Source: Planctomycetota bacterium
Lineage (GTDB): Bacteria; Planctomycetota; B15-G4
DNA length: 64,000 bases
NCBI GenBank assembly: GCA_965248575.1
Contig: CBDFJQ010000002.1
Location: 4,864,001-4,928,000 of the forward strand
Reading direction: 5' to 3'
Shown: piece by piece, positions 28,194-37,002 of the stretch
How positions within the stretch are numbered: position 1 is the first letter of the stretch
Layout of the letters: each line of letters opens with the position of its first letter
The notes under the pieces: model-generated
Database searches by the model: none
Told to the model about the DNA's origin: nothing
What the model saw: only the letters and a program-made list of their open reading frames with translations
Translations under genes and position numbers: made by a program

Positions 28194-28874
28194 ATGAACT
28201 GGCTGAAGGTGCTGAAGTGGCCGAGTGTTCATCTGTTGGTCTCCCTGCTTGCGTTGATCTTGCTCCATCCGTTCGCGGAGCAGCTGCCGCAGCCGTGGCC
28301 GACGCGCCTGACGAGTCTGTTAACCACGGCGGTGCTGCTGGCGGCGGTCTGGTGGACTTCCGAAGCGAGGCGCCACCGGGTCGCGGCCGTGGTGTTGGTG
28401 AGCGTGCCCATCGCCGCCCTCTGGTTCCGCCAATCCCTCGGCCCCCCGGCGACCATGATCTGGGTGCTCTTCTGCATCTACGTTGCCGGGCGCCTGTTCG
28501 CGGCAGTGCTTGGCAGGCGCATCAACGTCGTGGATCGGGTGCTCGCAGCCACCTCCCTTTACCTGCTGGTGGCCATCACCTTTTCCTTCTTGCACCTGAT
28601 GGTCTACGGCATGGACCCGGAGGCCTACAGCTTCCCCGTGCCGCCCACGGGCGAGGGGGCGGGCGACATGCTGTACTTCAGCATGGTGACCATCCTGACC
28701 CTGGGCTACGGCGACATCGTCCCCGTGGCGCCCTTCGCACGGATGCTGACGGTGACAGAGGCCTTCATAGGAGCGTTCTTCATCGCCATCCTGATCGCGG
28801 GCCTGGTGTCCCAGGGAAAGGGGCCGCCTCGGCCACAGGGTGGGAGCGACGGTGGAGGCTCAGGGGAACCCTGA
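28194..28874 (+). CDS. Potassium channel family (Ion_trans_2-like) membrane protein
   Basis: Multiple TM helices; LYFSMVTILTLGYGDIVP pore motif. Confidence 0.85.
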   Translation: MNWLKVLKWPSVHLLVSLLALILLHPFAEQLPQPWPTRLTSLLTTAVLLAAVWWTSEARRHRVAAVVLVSVPIAALWFRQSLGPPATMIWVLFCIYVAGRLFAAVLGRRINVVDRVLAATSLYLLVAITFSFLHLMVYGMDPEAYSFPVPPTGEGAGDMLYFSMVTILTLGYGDIVPVAPFARMLTVTEAFIGAFFIAILIAGLVSQGKGPPRPQGGSDGGGSGEP

Positions 28875-28879
28875 CAGCC

Positions 28880-29491
28880 TCATGGCTGGGCCCTGCGATA
28901 GCGTTGCCCGTCCTCCCATGCGCTTGGGTCCTTGAGCAGTTCGGTCATCAGCTCAGCCATCCCCTCCATGTCGCGGTAGACGAAGGCCGGGCCGTCACCA
29001 GAGTCCACCTCCAGCACCATGCCGGGGATGCTTCGGGCCATGAGCACCTCGTGCCGGATCGGCGCGATGACGAGTTCCTCGCCTTGCTCGCCGTCCAGAC
29101 CATGGAGCACCAAGCGCTGGAAGCGACGGGGGGAGCTGAGCTCTTCGCCCGTGCGTTGCTCCACGAGGACATTCCGGCCGTCAAAGGAATGCGCCTGCTC
29201 GATGTGATGGTCCCGACCGGGGGTGGTCCACACGAGCAGGGCGGTGATGGAGACGATGGCGTCGTCATCGCTCGTCCGGAAGGGCTCGATGAGAAGGCGT
29301 GTGTTCAGGTCGCCTCCGTGCACCAGTTCCCATTGGCCCAGGGCGCCTGAGGGGATGTCGGCAGTCGCCAAGCTACCGCAGGAGATAGGGAGGCAACCGA
29401 ACACGGCGGTGCGCGTCGCTTTGCATGCCAGACCGGTGCAGAGCGCCAGAACCAGGGAGGTGAGCAGGAGCGTCGTTCTTCGCAGCGTCAT
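28880..29491 (-). CDS. Hypothetical lipoprotein
   Basis: MTLRRTTLLLTSLVLALCTGLAC signal/lipobox; ATGA overlap with the upstream gene stop. Confidence 0.65.
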   Translation of the reverse strand: MTLRRTTLLLTSLVLALCTGLACKATRTAVFGCLPISCGSLATADIPSGALGQWELVHGGDLNTRLLIEPFRTSDDDAIVSITALLVWTTPGRDHHIEQAHSFDGRNVLVEQRTGEELSSPRRFQRLVLHGLDGEQGEELVIAPIRHEVLMARSIPGMVLEVDSGDGPAFVYRDMEGMAELMTELLKDPSAWEDGQRYRRAQP

Positions 29492-30803
29492 TTCGTCGTT
29501 CCGTCGTCTGGTTTGGGGCTGACGCTCACTCGGAAGTCGCCCAAGAGTTGTCGCCAGCGTGGGTCGTCGTGAAGCGTCATCAAGTCGGTGTCCTGGCTCA
29601 TGTGGTTGATGTTGGAGTATCCGGCAGCGACCGCTCTGTCCAAGGCGTCGAGTGCGGCGTCCACGTTGCCGCTCAGGGCATGGGCGCAGGCTTGGTCGTA
29701 GGAAGCAGGTGCGCGGCTTTGCGGGGCGGCCGCGGCGAGCCCAAAGAGTCGGGCCGCCTCGGTGAACTCCCCTTCGCGGTAGCGCAGGGCACCCAGTCCG
29801 TAGGAGACGCCGGCTGGCACGGGGTCCGCCTGCGCCAGTTCGTTGAAGATGGCTGTTGCCGACGCAGAGTCGCCGGCCTGAAGCGCCTTCCACCCCGCCT
29901 GGGTTGTCGGAGGCGGCGAGGCACCGTCCAAGCGCACCAAGGATGTGCGATCCCCCACGAAGCAGCCCAGGAAGAGGGTCTTCCCATCGGGTGCCGCCGT
30001 GAGCCCATTGCAGTTCTTCAGCAGTGGGGAGGTGGTTGGCCCGCGCTCCGTGGAGCCCTGTCCCTCGCGCAACACGTAGTGCAGCGCTCCACTCGACTCG
30101 ATGCGATACACCGCGCCGATCCGGAGCTGGCAAACAGCTGCCCCGCGGCCCAGTCGAGGTGGGCCCCGCCACCCATGCCGTGCGCGAGCGGGAGCGTGCT
30201 CATGCGCTCCAGCTGACCGGGGCCGGTGATGCGCTGGATGCCCGCATCCCGCCCTCCGAGCACGTAGACCACATCTGCGTCGTCGACAGCGATCCCCACC
30301 GACGCGTGCAGGGCCGGGTCCTGGGCATAGGTGCTGGTCTCACCCTGCGGGGTGATCTTCAGCACCGAGTGACCTTCGCCAGCGGGCGTCCCATAGATGG
30401 TGACGAAGAGGTTGTCGTGGCTGTCGATGGCGATGCCTGCCGGCCCCAAGGGCGTCTCGGCGAAGCGCGTCACCGTGCCATCGGGGGCGATCTTGCTGAC
30501 GAAGGTCGAGTTATAGTTCGTCACGAACAGATTGCCCTGGGAGTCCATCACCAGGTCGGTGGGCCCTTGGAAGTCTCCTTCGGCAAAGACCTCCACCTCG
30601 CCCTCGAGGGTGCTGCGGTAGACCCGGCTGCCCTTCCATGAGCCACCAAAGTAGAGGTAGCCGTCGGGCGCCAGGTGCAGGCCATCGAAGTGGAAGTCCG
30701 TGCTGCGTGGGACAACCGTCGCGGTCTGGGCATGCGAACTGGAGACGAGCGCGTTCAGCAGGCACACGCAAAGCAGGAGTGAGGTGGAGTGTCCAGGCTT
30801 CAT
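29488..30803 (-). pseudogene. Secreted NHL/SMP-30-like beta-propeller + TPR protein, interrupted by a one-base frameshift near 30121 (real or sequencing error)
   Basis: Signal peptide and propeller repeats (GPTDLVMDSQGNLFV, GPAGIAIDSHDNLFV) in 30018-30803 continue in another frame as IGAVYRIESSG...NGLTAAPDGKTLFL...TPR (YDQACAHALSG). Confidence 0.8.
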
Positions 30804-30897
30804 GGGTTGGCTCTCAGGCGTAGGGGAGCGAGCGAAGACGCGCCGAAGGGCACGGGAGTTCGCACGCTAGCCCTCCCGTCGGAGCGTGGAAGGCCTG

Positions 30898-30951
30898 TGG
30901 GGTGGTTCGGACCGTGCTGGGGTGAGTGGCGCTTTGGCTGGGGCGAGGCGG
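30898..30951 (-). promoter_or_regulatory. Three imperfect direct repeats at 20-21 bp period; candidate LytTR operator
   Basis: Plus strand TGGGGTGGTTCGG (30898), TGGGGTGAGTGG (30918), TGGGGCGAGGCGG (30939); minus-strand TAGCGT -10-like element at 30864-30869. Confidence 0.5.
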
Positions 30952-30988
30952 CGGACCGTAGGGCCGACTCCGGGTAGGCTGTGCAGCC

Positions 30989-32113
30989 GTGACCAGCGAA
31001 CGAATCACCCAACTGAAGCGTGCGGCGCTCGTGATCGGCATCTGGCTGGTTCCCGGCTTGCTACAATGTGTGCAAGAGGTCACCTACGCCCAGTCGCACG
31101 GTGGTGTCCCGCAGTCCACGGCGCACATCCTGTTGCACTTCCTGCCGACGTGGTTGCCTTGGGCGGCCTTCACCCCCGCGATCCTGGCTCTGTCGCGTCG
31201 CTTTCCCTTGGTGGTGGGCGAAGGCGGTCTGGCCGTGCTCCTGCCCCGCCTCCTACTGCACAGCGCTGGGGCGGTGGCGTTCGGTGGGGCGCACCTGCTC
31301 ATGATCGGACTTGTGCGCGTGAACGCGCCGCCGGGCCCTTGGGCCGACCCCGATCTCTGGGTCTGGCTGCGGGGCAGCTTGTGGAGTCTTCAGACCCAGG
31401 CAGAGGTGCTGGCCTACGCCGGCGTGCTCGTGACGGGGCACGCTCTGGTGGCCCTGCGCGCTGCGCGGGAGCGCGAGCTGCGTGCGGTGCGCCTGGAAGC
31501 CCAGCTGGCGCGCTCCCGCCTCGATGTGCTTCAGAGCCAGCTGCAGCCGCACTTCCTCTTCAACACCTTGAATGCCATCGACGTGCTCATCACCGAGGAC
31601 CCGAAACGGGCGACCACGATGCTGCTGCGGCTCAGTGATCTGTTGCGCATGACTCTCGAACGCACGGAGGCCGAACACACCCTGCGGGATGAGCTGGCTC
31701 ACCTGGAGTGCTATCTCGACATCGAGCGGGTCCGCTTCAGCGACCGGCTCGACCTGAGCGTCGAGGCGGAGCAGAGCGCCCTGGACTGCCTCGTGCCGAG
31801 CCTGGTCTTGCAACCCCTGGTGGAGAACGCGCTGAGGCATGGGCTCGCGCCCCGGGCCGAGGGTGGTCGCTTGACGGTCTCAGCTCGGTTGGAGGGGGGC
31901 GAACTCACACTCTGTGTGGAGGACGACGGTGTCGGCTTGTCGCCCGACCATCACGAGGGCCTGGGTCTGGGCAACACACGCGCACGACTCCGGGGGCTTC
32001 ACGGTGACAGAGGGACGCTAACGCTGAGCGCTGGCCCTGGTTCTGGACAGGTTTCTGGGACCCGGGTGACGCTGCGTCTACCGGTGCAACGCGACGCGAG
32101 CCACGTCTCATGA
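30989..32113 (+). CDS. LytS/YehU-family sensor histidine kinase
   Basis: N-terminal TMs; LQSQLQPHFLFNTLNAI; LQPLVENALRHG; VEDDGVG; GLGLGNTRARL. Confidence 0.93.
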   Translation: MTSERITQLKRAALVIGIWLVPGLLQCVQEVTYAQSHGGVPQSTAHILLHFLPTWLPWAAFTPAILALSRRFPLVVGEGGLAVLLPRLLLHSAGAVAFGGAHLLMIGLVRVNAPPGPWADPDLWVWLRGSLWSLQTQAEVLAYAGVLVTGHALVALRAARERELRAVRLEAQLARSRLDVLQSQLQPHFLFNTLNAIDVLITEDPKRATTMLLRLSDLLRMTLERTEAEHTLRDELAHLECYLDIERVRFSDRLDLSVEAEQSALDCLVPSLVLQPLVENALRHGLAPRAEGGRLTVSARLEGGELTLCVEDDGVGLSPDHHEGLGLGNTRARLRGLHGDRGTLTLSAGPGSGQVSGTRVTLRLPVQRDASHVS

Positions 32114-32874
32114 GTGAGCCCGTCTTCCGAGTCCTGGTCGTGGATGATGAGCCTGTGTCCCGGCGCGGGGTGGTTCGCCTGGTTGACGCGCACCCGCAGT
32201 TCGTCGTCGCCGGCGAATGCGGCAATGGTCTCGAGGCCTTGGAGGCGTTGCGCCAACAGAGCTTCGATCTCGTCCTGTTGGATGTGGAGATGCCCGAGCT
32301 GAACGGGCTCGAGGTCGTGCAGAAGCTCGGTGTGTCGGCCCTGCCGATCGTGATCTTCGTGACGGCCTACGATCGCTACGCGCTGCAGGCCTTCGATGCC
32401 CATGCCTTGGACTACATCCTCAAGCCCGTCGACCCGGTCCGCTTTGCGGAGGCCCTCGACCGGGCGCGGGTTGCCTGTGTGACGAAGGGCGAGCAGAAAC
32501 GTCTGGCGGCACTCATGGAGGAGATGGGTGATCGCCTCCAGCGCCCCGCCAGGTTGGCGGCTCGTTCGGGCAACCGGCTGCAGCTGATTCCCGTGAACGA
32601 GATCGACTGGATCGAGGCCGCGGACAACTACGTGCGTCTCCACGTGAAGGGCCGGGTCGTGTTGCAGCGTGAGACCTTGAGCCATCTCGCGGATCGGTTG
32701 GGGGCGGAGCGCTTCCTACGGGTGCACCGCTCCCACCTTGTAGCGCTGGATCGCATCCGGGAGTTCCGCTCGACCTCCCGCGGAGACGGAGTCCTGGCTT
32801 TGAGTGATGGGACAGAAGTCGCGGTCAGTCGGCGCTACCGAGACGCCCTGGATCGAGCGCTGCTTCAGGGTTGA
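32110..32874 (+). CDS. LytTR family response regulator
   Basis: VVDDE, LLDVEMP, FVTAYD, DYILKP; IDWIEAADNYV, FLRVHRS. Confidence 0.95.
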   Translation: MSEPVFRVLVVDDEPVSRRGVVRLVDAHPQFVVAGECGNGLEALEALRQQSFDLVLLDVEMPELNGLEVVQKLGVSALPIVIFVTAYDRYALQAFDAHALDYILKPVDPVRFAEALDRARVACVTKGEQKRLAALMEEMGDRLQRPARLAARSGNRLQLIPVNEIDWIEAADNYVRLHVKGRVVLQRETLSHLADRLGAERFLRVHRSHLVALDRIREFRSTSRGDGVLALSDGTEVAVSRRYRDALDRALLQG

Positions 32875-32889
32875 AGCTCGCCGGGCTAG

Positions 32890-33834
32890 CTAGCGCAACA
32901 CCTGCACGCTGTCATCGAGGATCTCCAGCACCTCTGTCGGCCCGCCGTAGTGGGCCGACATGCCCACGTCCACTCGCCAAACACGCTCGTTGCAGGCGGC
33001 GTTGATGCCGCCTTCCTGGACCGTGTGGGCGACGACCATGCGCCGCAGGGAGAGGTGGTTCAGGACCTCCTCGAGCAGGGCGCACTCCGTCGCAGTCGTA
33101 TTGTTGGAGAAGTGCCGGCTCCAGACAGGGCTGTCGCTGCCGCGCATGATCATGGGGCGCTCGCCGTCGCCGCGCATCCAGGCCTTGGTCTCGCTGTTCA
33201 CGCGGTCGATCCCGTAGGCCAGGAGCTCCGGGAGCACGCCGCCGTGCACGAAGAGGGTGTCGCCGACGATGGCGATGACGTCCTGCTCGGCGAGCCGCAA
33301 GGCATAGGGCCCGCCGGGGTGGAACGCGAGGTAGCGACCGTGTTGCTCGGGCGGCACTTCGCTCAGGTCCAGCCCCTCGGGTACGGGCAGCTCAGCGAAC
33401 TCATCGAAAGCAGCCCAACCGTGGTCGAAGACGTAGCGCAGATCTCCCGCGACATTCATGGTCTCGTGGTTGCCGGACAACAAGATCAGGGCGCCACCTT
33501 TCGCCCGCGCCTTTTCTTCGATGTCCGCCAGGTAGTCGAGCACTGCGCGTTCGTCGGGGCCCCGGTCGAGCTGGTCACCAACCTGCACCACGGTGAGCAA
33601 GCCGCCGATCCAGGCATCGCTCTCATCGATGGCGCCTGCGAGCCTCAGCGCTCGGCGCGTGGCGGGGAGGTCGCCATGCACATCGCCGATGGCGACCAGG
33701 CGCCCCGGGGCCTCGCGGATGGAGGTTTCGTAGGCACCGATCGCGGGGTCCGACAACAAGCGGGGACCGGCCTGGGTGCAGCCCAGAGCGGCCAGCAGGA
33801 TGCCGAACGTAAGAGGGGTGAAGGGCAAGCGCAT
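32890..33834 (-). CDS. Metallophosphoesterase, Shewanella-like phosphatase (SLP) type, lipoprotein
   Basis: AIGDVHGD, QVGDQLDRG, GNHE, FVHGG, VVAHT.Q, VDVG; LAALGC lipobox. Confidence 0.88.
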   Translation of the reverse strand: MRLPFTPLTFGILLAALGCTQAGPRLLSDPAIGAYETSIREAPGRLVAIGDVHGDLPATRRALRLAGAIDESDAWIGGLLTVVQVGDQLDRGPDERAVLDYLADIEEKARAKGGALILLSGNHETMNVAGDLRYVFDHGWAAFDEFAELPVPEGLDLSEVPPEQHGRYLAFHPGGPYALRLAEQDVIAIVGDTLFVHGGVLPELLAYGIDRVNSETKAWMRGDGERPMIMRGSDSPVWSRHFSNNTTATECALLEEVLNHLSLRRMVVAHTVQEGGINAACNERVWRVDVGMSAHYGGPTEVLEILDDSVQVLR

Positions 33835-33925
33835 GCGGTTTTCCTTCGCCGTTGGAGGGCCCGAGCCAGCGGGACGGGCGGCTGTCCAGCCAGGCGCAGG
33901 GTGATGGAAGAGACTCCCAAAACGC

Positions 33926-33965
33926 AACGATCCCCTCTCTCCACCAGAGGAGAGAGGGGATCGTT
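33926..33965 (-). terminator. Strong intrinsic terminator-like hairpin downstream of the IPT/TIG gene
   Basis: Perfect 17-bp inverted repeat AACGATCCCCTCTCTCC / GGAGAGAGGGGATCGTT with a 6-nt loop and T-rich flank. Confidence 0.8.
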
Positions 33966-34006
33966 TCCCGTCTGAGGGCCGGGCCCTCAGCTCGCGGAGG
34001 GGAGCG

Positions 34007-35101
34007 TCATTTGAGGTCGACGACGAACTGTCCGTCCACGTTGAGGTCAGGCTGGCCGGCCGATGACAGGAGGCCGGTGAAGTTGCCCGCCACCTGGCCA
34101 CCGCTCACGCCGGTGATCGTGACGCTGATGTCGTTCTGGGTCTTGGGAAGCCAGCTCACAATGGTGGGGATCAGGCCGTTCAGCGTGGTCTCGATGTAGG
34201 TGAAGGTGAGCAGCGTCGCGGGGAAGCCGATGTACTTCTGGGGAGCCATGTCGTCGGCGATGGCGAACGGGATGGCGATGTTGAAGCTGCGCTGAGGGTT
34301 GTTGGCCTTGAGGTTGGCCGCGACCACCACGGCCAAGCCGCCGTCCGCACCCGCCAGGAACTTGCCGGTGGACTTGTAGCCTTTGCCGTTGATGGTCGCC
34401 GTGAAGATGTGCTTGCCGAGCTTCTTGGTGCTGCCGAACACGGTCAGCCCACCGGTGGCGGTGTCCGAGCCGACCTTGTTGGTAATCATCACGTCCCAGG
34501 AACCGTTGCCGAGGCTCTTGGGCACCTTGGCGGTGAACGACTTGGAGTCACTCTCTTCGTTGATCTTGACGGGCTTGAGCTTGGTCTTCTTGCCACCGAT
34601 CGTAGCCTTGACCGGCTTGCTGCCAGCATGGTCGATGCTCACCGTGATCGTCTCACCCGGCATGGCGGAGCTGGGGTTCACGTCCTGGATTTCGGGGGCG
34701 ATGACGCTCATGAGGTCCTTGCTCGTCGTGGCGCCGAAGGCTCCCTTGCCCTTGGGCTGCACGTTGAGGGTCCACATGGTGCCAGCGGCGGGGGCCTTCT
34801 TGCTGGACGGGATCTTCTTCACTTCGGCGGTGATGCTCGTGGCATCGTTGCTCATCACCTTGAGGATGACCTTGGCCTTGGTGTCGCCGGAGGTACCGAA
34901 GATCTTCGGCTTGGCGATCTTGCTGCCGTCGTCATTGGCGAACGTGCCCGTGATGGTGACCACGGTTCCCAGGGTGATGTCCGTGGGGCTGTAGCCATCG
35001 ATCTCCGCATCGTCTTGGGCGAGCGCTGGTCCCCCCAGGATGAGGGTGGTGGCCAAGGCGGCAAGCGTGCGCGCCGGGAAGCGCCGGAAGGTGGTCAACA
35101 T
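34007..35101 (-). CDS. Secreted Lys-rich protein with IPT/TIG (Ig-like) domains
   Basis: Signal peptide ...PALA|Q; IDGYSP....GTVVTITG.F and PEIQDVNPSSAMPGETITV. Confidence 0.75.
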   Translation of the reverse strand: MLTTFRRFPARTLAALATTLILGGPALAQDDAEIDGYSPTDITLGTVVTITGTFANDDGSKIAKPKIFGTSGDTKAKVILKVMSNDATSITAEVKKIPSSKKAPAAGTMWTLNVQPKGKGAFGATTSKDLMSVIAPEIQDVNPSSAMPGETITVSIDHAGSKPVKATIGGKKTKLKPVKINEESDSKSFTAKVPKSLGNGSWDVMITNKVGSDTATGGLTVFGSTKKLGKHIFTATINGKGYKSTGKFLAGADGGLAVVVAANLKANNPQRSFNIAIPFAIADDMAPQKYIGFPATLLTFTYIETTLNGLIPTIVSWLPKTQNDISVTITGVSGGQVAGNFTGLLSSAGQPDLNVDGQFVVDLK

Positions 35102-35390
35102 GGGATGGGGTACTCCAACTCTCGAAGGGTGGGCCCGGTGGAGCCCTAGATCACCGGAAACAAACGTCAAATGAAGGTCCCGCACCGTCTTGCCGGTTTC
35201 AAGCACAGCGAGGCACAAACTGAAGGCTACCCCGGATCAGCTGGCTCGTCTGCGGACGGGCATCCTGCGAGCGAGAAGGCCGAAGCCTGCCTTGGTGAGG
35301 CCATCGGGGCGACGGCTAGTGGCGGGTCCCGCTGCCAGGTTTTCTCGCTCTAGCAGTGCGCTTCCTCCCGCTCGTCCCGCTGGGGCCCGG

Positions 35391-36953
35391 TTACGGGTTG
35401 GCGCCGGCCAAGGCTGCTAACCACGCATCGTAGGGGCTCGTGTCGTGGGCCCAGGGGGCAGTAAGACTTGGTGCGCCGGCCGAAGCGGTGGCGCTCAGCT
35501 GCATTCCCTGGACACGTTCCTCCCTGAGATGGATGGGGCTGCCGGTGGTTCCATTGGGGCCCACACTCAGTTGCCAGCCTGCGTGGTGCGTCCCGTCCTC
35601 CAGCGGCTGCAGCAACTCCGACTTGGGGCGAACGCTGGAATCAGGATGGAACTGCACCATGGTCTGGACGTTGCCTGCACGGCTGCTCTGATCGGAGAAT
35701 CCGAGCCTCAGGCTGCGACCCATGGTGTCCGTGCCGGCCCCTTCGTCTGCAGGCAGCTCCAGGTCCACGCTGTAGAGCCCCTCGGCATCTCTGTGCCAGC
35801 GGGCTTCGAGGCTCGTGCCTTGCATGGCGACCCAGCCCGAAACGGAACCATCCTTCGGATTGGTGGCGACGGTCTCCGGCAGGACGGAAGCGGCATAGGC
35901 CATTTGTCGCAGGACCTCGTTCAGGGCTTGGAGGTCAGGGTCGTCCGTCAGGAAGGAGTCAGTGGCCAGCTCGAGAATTCGCAACAGCTGCGCACCGGTC
36001 GCTTGTGTCGTTACGGCTGTCTCGCGCGGAGTCTCCCGCGCCAAGAGCGGAGTCTTGGCCTCGTGTTCGGTGAGAGGTGCGGGTGACGGCCTCTCCGCTT
36101 GGTCGGGAAGCGAGAACGGCACGGGGTCGGCCGTGCTGACTGTTGGCTTGGGCAGGGGCTTTGCGCTCGGCGGGTTCGACTCGTGTTGCACGGTCTGCCA
36201 GGCGGTCGCGGCCAAGGCTGTGACGAGCCCGAGGCTGACCAAGAGCTTGACTGAGAGGTTGGCCACGGTGAGTGCTCCGAGGGATGGGCTGAGGGAGGAG
36301 GTGGCGGCCTGGGCCGTGAGGCTTGAGCTGGGCGTGGCGGCGAGGGCTTCGCGCAGGCCTTCCGCGTGTGCACTGGCCGCGAAGGGTGCCAAGGCGGTGA
36401 GCCAGTGTTGGCGACGAGCGTTGTCGTCCGCTCCCGTGCCGCTGAAACCCGCCTGAGTCTCCAGCACCAGCCGCAGGCGATCGCGAGCCCGAGAGAGCCG
36501 CTTGCGGACGGCGGCTTCGTTGGCGCCCAGCTGCTCCGCGAGCTGGGACATGGAGCGGCCCGCGAAGTAGCGCCCCCGCAACAGCGCCTGCTCGGCAGGG
36601 CTCAGGGTGCCCAGGGCGTCGACCACGTGATGCAGCGCCTCCCTGTGTTCAGCGTGGTCGGCGGCGGAGGGGAGCGCTTCCGGGCGGGCGGCCCCGCGTT
36701 CGCGCCGCGCCCGGCGTCCTTCGGAGCGGGAGACATGCGCGGCCGTACGGCGCGTGAGGGTCGAGAGCCAACGGCGGATCCCCCCGAGCCCCGTCAGGTG
36801 TTGTGGCGGCCGCTCGAGGGCGCGCAGGCACACCCGTTGGAGGACGTCCTCGGCCACGTTTGGGTCGGCAACGAGCCGATGTGCCAAGCTGCGAATCCAA
36901 CCCAGCTCGGCGAGCAGTTGGTCCGGAGCGAGGGTGTCGGGGAGATGCTTCAT
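35391..36953 (-). CDS. ECF sigma factor with C-terminal TM and extracytoplasmic extension
   Basis: WIRSLAHRLVADPNVAEDVLQ (region 2); RYFAG.S...A...G....AVRKRLSRA (region 4); TM KLLVSLGLVTALAATAW. Confidence 0.88.
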   Translation of the reverse strand: MKHLPDTLAPDQLLAELGWIRSLAHRLVADPNVAEDVLQRVCLRALERPPQHLTGLGGIRRWLSTLTRRTAAHVSRSEGRRARRERGAARPEALPSAADHAEHREALHHVVDALGTLSPAEQALLRGRYFAGRSMSQLAEQLGANEAAVRKRLSRARDRLRLVLETQAGFSGTGADDNARRQHWLTALAPFAASAHAEGLREALAATPSSSLTAQAATSSLSPSLGALTVANLSVKLLVSLGLVTALAATAWQTVQHESNPPSAKPLPKPTVSTADPVPFSLPDQAERPSPAPLTEHEAKTPLLARETPRETAVTTQATGAQLLRILELATDSFLTDDPDLQALNEVLRQMAYAASVLPETVATNPKDGSVSGWVAMQGTSLEARWHRDAEGLYSVDLELPADEGAGTDTMGRSLRLGFSDQSSRAGNVQTMVQFHPDSSVRPKSELLQPLEDGTHHAGWQLSVGPNGTTGSPIHLREERVQGMQLSATASAGAPSLTAPWAHDTSPYDAWLAALAGANP

Positions 36954-37002
36954 GGTTTCACAAGCAGGATCCCGCGAGACCCGGTGTCGTGACCGGAAAA
37001 AC

